The notes under the pieces: generated by a model
The model's database searches: none
What the model saw: only the letters and a program-made list of their open reading frames with translations
What the model was told of the DNA's origin: nothing
Source of the DNA: Candidatus Latescibacterota bacterium
GTDB lineage: Bacteria > Latescibacterota > UBA2968 > UBA8231
Direction: 5' to 3'
Assembly (NCBI GenBank): GCA_965248355.1
Contig: OZ252098.1
Location: 480,001 to 544,000 of the forward strand
Length of the DNA: 64,000 nucleotides
Program-made: the position numbers and the translations under genes
Shown here: positions 47,067-54,957 of the stretch, one piece after another
Numbering within the stretch: position 1 is the first letter of the stretch
How the letters are laid out: every line of letters begins with the position of its first letter

Positions 47067-47465
47067 CTAGCGGATGCCGAAGGTTTCGACGCCGAGTCCG
47101 CGGAGCCTGTCGAGCACCCTGATCACATCCTGGTAGGGAACCTCACCCGAACCGCTGAACATCACCTTGCGCTCGGCGAGGACCTCCTTCGGAAACATCT
47201 CATCCATCTTGACGGCGAGAGCCTCGAAGGCCACTTCTTCATCGTCGATCAGGATCCTGCCGTCGGCGGTGAGGACGACGACCGGATCGGGCTTCAGCTG
47301 TCCGGAGGAGACCGTCCCGGCCTGTGGGAGGTTGGCCTCCAGCGTCTCGATGAGGATCGGCGTGATGACGAGAAAGCCCAGCAGCAGACAGAGGGATACG
47401 TCGCCCATGGGCGTGATGTTGATGTTGGACTCCAACCGGCCGAGAGCCCTGCGGCGGCGGGGCAT
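47067..47465 (-). CDS. exbD: ExbD/TolR family protein (canonical Asp)
   Basis: NINITPMGDVSLCLLLGFLV TM segment and VPYQDVIRVLD. Confidence 0.85.
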   Translation of the reverse strand: MPRRRRALGRLESNINITPMGDVSLCLLLGFLVITPILIETLEANLPQAGTVSSGQLKPDPVVVLTADGRILIDDEEVAFEALAVKMDEMFPKEVLAERKVMFSGSGEVPYQDVIRVLDRLRGLGVETFGIR

Positions 47466-47897
47466 CTAGCGCTCCTTCCTGGCCAGCAGGTCGACGGCGG
47501 GCGCGCCGATTCCCTGGCACACCTCCATCAGTTCGAGTATCTCGCCGTACGGCAGATTGCGGGCGCCCTTGATGATGATCGGGTTGCCCTCCTGGCCCTG
47601 GTATGCGAGGGCCAGTTCATCCTTCAAGCCCGTCTTGTCCACTTCGGTCAGGTTGACGAACAGACTCCCGTCTTCCTTTACCGACAGCACGACAAGCTGC
47701 TCGGCGGCCTCCTCCATCCGGTCGGCGTGATCGGCGTCGGGCGTGTCGACCTCGACCCCTTCGCGGATGATGGGCATGACGATCATGAAGATGATCAGCA
47801 ACACAAGGGCGACGTTCACCACCGGGGTGATGTCGGGCATGGGATTCGTACGTTCCCGCTGCCCCGCGGCCGTTCTCAGTTGGCGCTTCCGTGGCAC
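47466..47897 (-). CDS. exbD: ExbD/TolR family protein (Asn at the conserved Asp position)
   Basis: PDITPVVNVALVLLIIFMIVMP TM segment and LPYGEILELME. Start is GTG 47897 or a nearby downstream ATG. Confidence 0.85.
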   Translation of the reverse strand: MPRKRQLRTAAGQRERTNPMPDITPVVNVALVLLIIFMIVMPIIREGVEVDTPDADHADRMEEAAEQLVVLSVKEDGSLFVNLTEVDKTGLKDELALAYQGQEGNPIIIKGARNLPYGEILELMEVCQGIGAPAVDLLARKER

Positions 47898-47923
47898 CTG
47901 GTGGATCCGTCGAGCTGTGAGGG

Positions 47924-48601
47924 TTAGGCGGCGCTGGCTCGCAGGGCGTGACGGACCGCGCGGCTCACCACCCGCGTCGCGGCATTGTCCAACTCCACGG
48001 CCATCACGTCGATCCTGTTCGTGAAGAAATTGTAGGCCCACAGGGCCGGGATGGCGACGAAGAGGCCGATCACCGTGGTCACCAGGGCCTCGGAGATTCC
48101 GCCGGATACCGTCGCCAGTCCTCCCGAACCGGTCTCGGCGATGCCGCGAAAGGCGGCGATCAGGCCCGTGACCGTGCCGAGCAGACCCAGGAAGGGCGCC
48201 ACGCCCGAGATCGTAGCCATGCCGCTGAGGCGCACGCGCAGGTTGATGACGGCCACGTCGAGCTCGCGGCTGACGGCCTCGTCCACGCCTTCGACGACCA
48301 CGGCTCCGGGCTGGTTGTCGTTGCGCAGGGACTCGTACTCGGCAAGGCCGGCCGCGACGACCGAACCGAGCGAGCACCGGCCCTCCGCAACGGCCTCGCG
48401 GGCGGCACCGAGGATCTGGTCGGCCTCGCTCTCACCCTCGATCTGGTCGATGAAGGTCCCGGAGCGCTGCCGGTCGGTGCGCAGGGCCAGGAAGCGGTCC
48501 ACCATGACTGCGTAGGAATAGATGGACAGGGCGAACAGGACCAGGACAACCACCTTGCCGGTGATCGCCATCGATCCCCAGAGTTGGGTGAGCAACTCCA
48601 T
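47924..48601 (-). CDS. exbB: MotA/TolQ/ExbB proton channel family protein
   Basis: AGGAGG RBS, APFLGLLGTV and GGISEALVTTVIGLFVAIPA. Confidence 0.92.
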   Translation of the reverse strand: MELLTQLWGSMAITGKVVVLVLFALSIYSYAVMVDRFLALRTDRQRSGTFIDQIEGESEADQILGAAREAVAEGRCSLGSVVAAGLAEYESLRNDNQPGAVVVEGVDEAVSRELDVAVINLRVRLSGMATISGVAPFLGLLGTVTGLIAAFRGIAETGSGGLATVSGGISEALVTTVIGLFVAIPALWAYNFFTNRIDVMAVELDNAATRVVSRAVRHALRASAA

Positions 48602-48682
48602 CGGGTCCTCCTTTCGAGCCGGTCGGCCGGGTTGCAGAGCGGGAGATGGCTTCTCCACGGACACGACTCCATCCAAGGCCAC

Positions 48683-48711
48683 ATTGTACGGATATGCTCT
48701 GGGGTTCACAA
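48683..48711 (-). promoter_or_regulatory. Sigma70-type promoter of exbB-exbD-exbD
   Basis: TTGTGA-N17-TACAAT on the minus strand, ~80 nt upstream of exbB. Confidence 0.65.
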
Positions 48712-48939
48712 CCAGCATGGGCCATGACCTTCGAGGCGTGGGACGCCTGCACAGCGGACTCGATTACGTCCCCCTGAGCCGTGACTACGTGACTACATTC
48801 TCGCCCGGGAAGGCGCGGAGCGGGGTGGGGAGGGGCCCGGCAGACGTCATGCCGATCTGCGCGGGACCACGACAAGCTGCATCAGGAGTTGGGGCGGTCC
48901 TGGGCCCTCAAGGTCCCGCTCCTGGTCAAGATCGGACAC

Positions 48940-49414
48940 TGAGGGAGAAAGCATGTATGGACCCGCCCCCGGCCACCGGCCGGAACGCCTGCAATGGTTC
49001 AACGGCCTCGGCTTCGGGAGCATCGAAGGTCAAGCAGGTAGCCGGCTCGTTGCCTTGGCCCGTGGGAGTGGGCTCGGTGGTCTACGAGATCATCGACGCC
49101 GACAGGGTGTACGTCATCCGCCATTCCATGGGCGGGTACGGCGTCTGGCACCTGTGATCAGGCAACCCCGGCTGTTCGCCGTGGCCGTGCCCATCGCCGG
49201 GGGCGCCGATCCCGTCCTGGCGGAGGCCACCGCCGCCGTGCCCGTGGCCTGCTCGCGCGGCATCGTCGCGGCCCTGCGCCAGGCGGGCAGCAGCCCGCGG
49301 TACACCGAGTTCCCCGGCGAGGGGCACGGGGTCTGGCCCCTGGCCTTCGACGACCCCGGCCTCTTCGACTGGCTCTTCGCCCAAAGGCGGAGCCCAAAGG
49401 CCGGTGAGGAATGA
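48940..49414 (+). pseudogene. Chimeric remnant: 5' end of a fucosidase copy plus fragments of a carboxylesterase/peptidase
   Basis: 48953-49026 nearly duplicates 50678-50766. It is followed by DADRVYVIRHSMGGYGVWHL in one frame and PRLFAVAVPIAGG...YTEFPGEGHGVW...DWLFAQRR in another. Confidence 0.75.
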
Positions 49415-50613
49415 CCGACCGTCTGCGCGTGGCGGCCATCTGCACGGTCTACTACGCCGCCTCCCACGCCGACGCCATCGTCACCAAGTTCCTCAAGGGC
49501 ATGTCCACGGACGAAGGCTTCTTCGCGCCCGAGGTCGACATCGTCTCCCTGTACATCGACCAGGTCCTCGAGAACGACATCGGCCTCGCCCTCGCCGCCG
49601 AGCACGGCGTTCCCGTGTACCCGAGCATCCGCCGCGCCCTGACGCGGGGAGGCGGCCGTCTCGACGTGGACGCCGTGCTCCTCATCGGCGAGCACGGCGA
49701 CTACCCGTGGGACGAGCGCGAGCGGATCCTCTACCCGCGCCGCGGGTTCTTCGAGCAGATCGCCGGGGAGTTCGGCCACAGCGGCCGCTCGGTGCCGGTC
49801 TTCAACGACAAGCACTTCGCCTGCGACTTCGGCGACGCCCTGTGGATGTGGAACCGGGCCCGGGAGCTGCAGATCCCGCTCATGGCCGGATCCTGCCTGC
49901 CCCTGGCGTGGCGCAATCCCTGGCTCGAGCACGAGAGGGGGGCGCCCATCGAGGAGGCCCTGGCCGTCGGCTACGGCAAGGTCGAGGCCTACGGCTTCCA
50001 CACCCTCGAGGTCCTGCAGTGCATGATCGAGGCCCGGCCCGGCGGCGAGAGCGGCGTGCGCTCGGTGCAGTGCCTCGAGGGGGAGGAGGTGTGGAGGGCC
50101 GCCGACCGGGGCCTGTGGCCGCGGGAGCTGGCCGAGGCGGCCTGCGCCGCCATGGAGAACAAACCGCCGGGGACCATGGAGGAGCACGCCAAGGTGCCGC
50201 GTCTGTTCCTGATGGAGCACGGGGACGGGCTGCGCACGGCGGCCCTGATGCTGCAGGGGTACGTCTCCGACTGGGCCTACGCCGCGCGCGTCGACGGCCG
50301 CGTAGAGGCGAGCGAATTCTTTCTTCAGCCCGACGGTCCGGGAGCCAACTTCGGCTACCTGTGCCGCAACATCCAGCGGTTCTTCCAAGGGGGGGTGTCG
50401 CCCACGCCTCCCGAGCGCACCCTGCTGACCACGGGTGTCATCGACGCGGTGATGAACTCCCGCCACGAGGGCCACAGGGTCGTGGAGACACCGTACCTGG
50501 ACGTCGCCTACGAGCCCCGGGACGACTCCGGGACCATCCGCCCCCGCGGCCCGAGGCCGCGCGGCGCCTGCCTCGACCGGCAGGCCCCCGACCAGCTGCT
50601 GCCGTGGCTCTGA
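49411..50613 (+). CDS. Conserved hypothetical protein, Gfo/Idh/MocA-like oxidoreductase fold
   Basis: SHADAIV, VDAVLLIGEHGDYP, VPVFNDKH, MAGS and YGFHTLE. GAGGA RBS and ATGA overlap. Confidence 0.7.
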   Translation: MTDRLRVAAICTVYYAASHADAIVTKFLKGMSTDEGFFAPEVDIVSLYIDQVLENDIGLALAAEHGVPVYPSIRRALTRGGGRLDVDAVLLIGEHGDYPWDERERILYPRRGFFEQIAGEFGHSGRSVPVFNDKHFACDFGDALWMWNRARELQIPLMAGSCLPLAWRNPWLEHERGAPIEEALAVGYGKVEAYGFHTLEVLQCMIEARPGGESGVRSVQCLEGEEVWRAADRGLWPRELAEAACAAMENKPPGTMEEHAKVPRLFLMEHGDGLRTAALMLQGYVSDWAYAARVDGRVEASEFFLQPDGPGANFGYLCRNIQRFFQGGVSPTPPERTLLTTGVIDAVMNSRHEGHRVVETPYLDVAYEPRDDSGTIRPRGPRPRGACLDRQAPDQLLPWL

Positions 50614-50677
50614 TCCGCGCGGAAGTCGTCGTCGACTGGCAGGGCCTGAGCCCTGAAGGAGAGAGCAAGGAGAGAGC

Positions 50678-52213
50678 ATGACTGGATCCGCCCCCGGCAA
50701 CCGGCCGGAGCGCCTGCAATGGTTCAACGGTCTCGGCTTCGGGATGTTCATCCACTGGAGCATCGACAGCCAGATCGGCTCGGTCATCGGCCACTCCATG
50801 GCCCGTGCCTCCGAGGACTACCTGGCGAAGTACACCCAGATCCTGCCGGCCACCTTCAACCCCAAGAGGTTCGACCCGGACGAGTGGGCCGTGCTGGCGA
50901 GGCTGGCGGGCATGCGCTACGTGGTGTTCACCACCAAGCACCACTCCGGCTTCTGCATGTTCCACACGCGGTCGACCCGCTTCAGCGTGGCCGACACCCC
51001 CTTCGGGAGGGACGTGACCGGCGAGATCGTCGAGGCCTTCCGCCGGCAGGGGATCGCCATCGGCCTCTACCACTCCCCCGACGACTTCCACTTCCTGCAC
51101 GGCAAGGGCCTGCCCCTGCGGCGTGGGGTCCGGCCCGAGGCCTGCGAGGGTCTGCTGGAGCACAACCAGGCCCAGGTGCGGGAGCTGCTGACCAACTACG
51201 GCGACATCGACATCATGTTCTTCGACGGTCCCTCCGACGGCCTGAGGGAGCTGTGCTGGGAGCTGCGTCCCGAGATCGTCGTGACCCGGGGAGCGATCCG
51301 GACCCCGGAGCAGCGGATCCCCGGCGTCCAGTCGCCCGAGCCGTGGGAGGCGTGCGTCACCATGGGCACGGGGTGGCAGTACAAGCCGACGAACGAGAGC
51401 TACAAGTCGGGGACGCAGTTGATCGAGCTGTTGATCGAGACCCGGGCCAAGGGGGGCAACCTGGTGCTCAACGTCGGTCCCAAGCCGAACGGTGAGCTGC
51501 CCATCGAGCAGGAGGCCCTGCTGCGCGAGATCGCCCTGTGGACCTTCGTCAACGGCGAGGCCATCTACGACGTCGAGCCCTGGAGGGTGGCCTGCGAAGG
51601 CGGGATCTGGTTCGCGGCGGAGAAAGGGGGAGAGGCGGTCTATGCCTTCCTCGAAGGGGAGGGTCCCTGGCCGCTCTACGAGCGCCGCGAGTGGACCCTG
51701 ACGTCGGTGCGCGCCGGCCCGGGGACGAAGGTGCAGGTCCTCGGACAGGCCGACGACCTGGCCGACGAGCAGGGGCCGGCGATCGAGTGGAGCCAGGAGG
51801 AGGACGGGCTGCGCATCCGGGCCGCCCGCATGCAGAGACTCTACAACAACCGGCGCTGGCCGAACCCCGTCGTCCTCAGGATCACCGACGCCCGGGCGGG
51901 GCTGGTGCCGCCGGCCGTGGTCACGGGCGAGGCGCTATGGGACGCCGCCTCCTCGAGCTGGCTGCTCCAGGCCTCGCTGGCCGATCTGGGCGAGGAGGAG
52001 GCCGTGGAGGCCGGCTTTCAGTACCGGCCGAGGCGGCTGCTCACCGATGCCCTCGAGGACTGGGTGGACACGGCCTTCGAGAGCCGGCGGTCGACGGGGG
52101 AGTACGCCGCGCGAGTGGAGGGGCTGACGGAGGGGACGGCCTGGGAGTTCCGGGCCGTCGTCCGCCATCCGGCGATTACCGTCAACGGCGACAGCGTCAC
52201 CTTCCGCACCTGA
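50678..52213 (+). CDS. Alpha-L-fucosidase (GH29) with C-terminal Fn3-like domain
   Basis: FGMFIHW, GMRYVVFTTKHHSGF, ELLTNYG..DIMFFDG, WEACVTM and GGNLVLNVGP. Confidence 0.92.
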   Translation: MTGSAPGNRPERLQWFNGLGFGMFIHWSIDSQIGSVIGHSMARASEDYLAKYTQILPATFNPKRFDPDEWAVLARLAGMRYVVFTTKHHSGFCMFHTRSTRFSVADTPFGRDVTGEIVEAFRRQGIAIGLYHSPDDFHFLHGKGLPLRRGVRPEACEGLLEHNQAQVRELLTNYGDIDIMFFDGPSDGLRELCWELRPEIVVTRGAIRTPEQRIPGVQSPEPWEACVTMGTGWQYKPTNESYKSGTQLIELLIETRAKGGNLVLNVGPKPNGELPIEQEALLREIALWTFVNGEAIYDVEPWRVACEGGIWFAAEKGGEAVYAFLEGEGPWPLYERREWTLTSVRAGPGTKVQVLGQADDLADEQGPAIEWSQEEDGLRIRAARMQRLYNNRRWPNPVVLRITDARAGLVPPAVVTGEALWDAASSSWLLQASLADLGEEEAVEAGFQYRPRRLLTDALEDWVDTAFESRRSTGEYAARVEGLTEGTAWEFRAVVRHPAITVNGDSVTFRT

Positions 52214-52222
52214 GGGCGGGAT

Positions 52223-52480
52223 CTACTCTTCGGCGGGGGGAATCCCCGCCAGCTCCTCCGCGGTGTAGAAGCTGCCGGCCACGGGCCCGGGGTCCCACGA
52301 CCTCTCCAGCGGGCTCGGCCGGACCGGGACGTCGGGTACGACCAGGGTCTCGCGGCCCTCGGAGTCCCGCTCCACGGCGCCGCCGCCGCGTTCCACCGAA
52401 TCCCGGGCCAGGGCCTCGCAGACCTCGATCAGCCGCGGGAAGTCGTAAGGTGCGTGGCTGAACTTCGTCTCGAGGTTGGA
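52223..52480 (-). pseudogene. Start-less C-terminal gene fragment (possibly of an ADP-ribosylglycohydrolase-family protein)
   Basis: 85 codons with strong GC3 bias (SNLETKFSHAPYDFPRLIEVCEALAR...SWDPGPVAGSFYTAEELAGIPPAEE*). No in-frame start before the upstream stop at 52571. The family guess is from memory only. Confidence 0.5.
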
Positions 52481-52499
52481 GCGCGGCCGTGGGCCGGCC

Positions 52500-54884
52500 T
52501 CAGCCTTCGGGCGACCACAGGAGCCACCGGTCGCCCAGCCCGTGGCGCTGGGCCCGGTCCCAGGTGCCGCTCATGCGGAAGGTGAAGGAGTTCTTCTCTC
52601 CCGGCCGCAGCCAGCGGGAGACGTCGATGTCGGTGCCGTAGCGGTGCAGCTCGTCCGTGGGGGAGTGGACGAGCTGTCCGTTGGCCCAGACCCACAGCTT
52701 GTCGGCGTAGACCAGCGGCACGTAGAGCCGCGCCGGCGCGCCCGGCTCCGTCTCGGGGACGGCCACCGAGAACCGGTACCACCCCAGCCCCGGGTAGGCG
52801 TATCCCCGGTCATCGCGATAGCCGCTCTGCGTCCAGTCGGTGGTCACGGGGATGGGGTTCCACTCCAGCTCCGCGGCCACCTCGTCGAGGTGCCACTGCT
52901 CGAAGAGGCCCTCGTCGTGCCGATCGGTGCGGAACCCTCCGGTGCCGGGTCCCAGGGCCAGGCGGCGTCCGAGGCCGCCGCCGTCGCGCTCCGCCAGGGC
53001 CTCGATGTAGCGGCGCCAGGTGCTCAGGCCCCTGTCCGAGTCCACCACCCACTGCGGCTCGGGGGGCAGCAGGCCGGGCTGGATCGCCTCGGCCGCCTCG
53101 ATGGGGAGGCTCAGCCGCTCCAGCTGAGTCAGGGCCTCGCGGTACCGCCCCTCGTGGACGCGCGTCACCATGGCGTTGTGGGTCGTCATGTACTCGTGCA
53201 GGGCCCGGTAGGCGGCGAGGCGCCGGCGCAGCCGGGGGGTGTCGGCGAGCCCCTCCGCCCGGTCGAGAAGCGCGCCGAGGGCCAGGGTGCGCTCCGGGGG
53301 GTAGATGCGCGTCCAGTCGCCCAGCTTCGAGGTCCAGGCCACGTGCTCGGGCGAGGCGGCCAGCAGGCCCTCGATCTGGTCGAAGAAGTCCCTCATGGGC
53401 GCCTCGGCGGGGCCGAAGAAGCGCCCGTGGAAGTCGTCCACGAGGGCGTCCACGTCGGCCTCCACGTCCCACATGAGCCGGGTCCGCACGTAGTAGTTGA
53501 GGCCGGTGCGCAGGAAGGTGTTGTGCCCCTCGGTGGTGAAGCCGACCACGCCGTGCTCGTGGTAGAAGGGCAGGTTGGCGCGGATGGAGTGGACGTTCCA
53601 GAAGGGCATGCGGTTCAGAGTCGCGTGGGGGTCGTAGTCGTAGATGACCATCTTCGGGGCGATGCGGGCCCAGGCCTTGATCGTGCGTTGGTGGCGCCGC
53701 GAGTAGATGTCGCCGCCGCCGGGGATGGGGCGCAGGGCGCTGACGGCGAGGCGGGCCAGTTGCACGATGATGTTGCGGTTCCAGGGCCGGTCGAGCCCCT
53801 CGGGCGGTCGCACGCGGTTGTCGTAGGCGAGGATGACGATATAGCGGTCGGGGTACTCGGCGTTGACCTCGTGGGCGACGTTGTTGACGAAGTTGAAGTA
53901 GGCGTCGGAGATCGAGTCCTCGAGGCCGCTGTCGATGTCGAAGGCGTGGTCGGCGGCGACGCAGACGTCGCAGTGGCACCGGGGCGACCAGTCGGGGGCG
54001 GAGAACCCGTAGCTGTTGGCCTCGGGATGGTCGCGGAAGTACTCCTTGATGGTCCGTACCGCGATCTCGATGGTCAGGGGATTGGTGACGCAGAGCATGG
54101 TCAGGTGGAGCTCGCCCTTGGGGCCCCTGGACCGGCGCTGCCCGTCCGGCCCCATGGCGTAGATTTCGGGATGCACGTCCTCGTAGATCTCCGGCGGCGC
54201 CAGGCGGCCGATGGAGCCGTCTCCGGCGAAGGCGAAGGGCCGGACGAGAGTGCCCTTGTTGCGGACGAGCCAGTCGGGGTGGTCTCCCGAGTCGTCGGCC
54301 CACCCCGACATCCAGATGTTGCGCACGACGAAGGAGGGTTTCTGCTCGACGTCGAGGTCGGGCACCGTGATCGTCCTGAGTTCCGGGAGGACCTGGCCGA
54401 ACTCGCCCGGGAAGTACCAGCGGCATCCGAGCCGTTCCAGCAGCTCGTACACGGCGTACTCGGTGCCGCGGTAGAAGGCGTCCTCGTTGCCGGCCAGCAC
54501 GAGATCGCGGTCCCCGACCGTGCGCAGGACAAACCCCTCGCCGGCGGCCTCGCGGTCGTGGCCGGCGGGCGGCTCCACGCCGAGGGCGCGCACCGCCTCC
54601 GAGCGGCCCACGTGCAGACGGGCGTGGCCCTCGAGGCGGCCGGGCACCGTTGCGGCGCCGGCGTACACGGGCAGCCCGGCGCCGGAGATCCGCTCGATGT
54701 AGTGCTTCAGCTCCGCCGCGGCCCGGGCCGCGGCGGAGCTCGGCCCGGCGGCGGTGACGATCACCGCCCGCGGCTGTCCGTCCTGCACGATGACCATGGC
54801 CTCTGCCTCCTGACAGATGGTCCAGATGGCGAGGGCCAGCGGACCGAGGATGGATGAGAATCGGGAAGGGGCTGGATGCATCAT
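52500..54884 (-). CDS. DUF4838-domain protein with C-terminal GH2-type sugar-binding domain
   Basis: GTEYAVYELLERLGCRWYFPGE, KPSFVVR, HPEIYAM, LCVTNP, CHCDVC, LMWD, then YPGLGWYR...WVWANG...LRPGEKN. Confidence 0.85.
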   Translation of the reverse strand: MMHPAPSRFSSILGPLALAIWTICQEAEAMVIVQDGQPRAVIVTAAGPSSAAARAAAELKHYIERISGAGLPVYAGAATVPGRLEGHARLHVGRSEAVRALGVEPPAGHDREAAGEGFVLRTVGDRDLVLAGNEDAFYRGTEYAVYELLERLGCRWYFPGEFGQVLPELRTITVPDLDVEQKPSFVVRNIWMSGWADDSGDHPDWLVRNKGTLVRPFAFAGDGSIGRLAPPEIYEDVHPEIYAMGPDGQRRSRGPKGELHLTMLCVTNPLTIEIAVRTIKEYFRDHPEANSYGFSAPDWSPRCHCDVCVAADHAFDIDSGLEDSISDAYFNFVNNVAHEVNAEYPDRYIVILAYDNRVRPPEGLDRPWNRNIIVQLARLAVSALRPIPGGGDIYSRRHQRTIKAWARIAPKMVIYDYDPHATLNRMPFWNVHSIRANLPFYHEHGVVGFTTEGHNTFLRTGLNYYVRTRLMWDVEADVDALVDDFHGRFFGPAEAPMRDFFDQIEGLLAASPEHVAWTSKLGDWTRIYPPERTLALGALLDRAEGLADTPRLRRRLAAYRALHEYMTTHNAMVTRVHEGRYREALTQLERLSLPIEAAEAIQPGLLPPEPQWVVDSDRGLSTWRRYIEALAERDGGGLGRRLALGPGTGGFRTDRHDEGLFEQWHLDEVAAELEWNPIPVTTDWTQSGYRDDRGYAYPGLGWYRFSVAVPETEPGAPARLYVPLVYADKLWVWANGQLVHSPTDELHRYGTDIDVSRWLRPGEKNSFTFRMSGTWDRAQRHGLGDRWLLWSPEG

Positions 54885-54957
54885 CGGGTTCCTGCCTTTC
54901 GGGCGGCGCGGGAGGAGCTGCCGGCGCCAAAGATCAGTCCCTATCTTTGGCGAGACA

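Noticed and set aside
49140-49160. Programmed frameshift or selenocysteine TGA in the esterase remnant
   Set aside because: The gene also lacks large internal segments, so decay is the simpler explanation. No slippery site or SECIS was evident.
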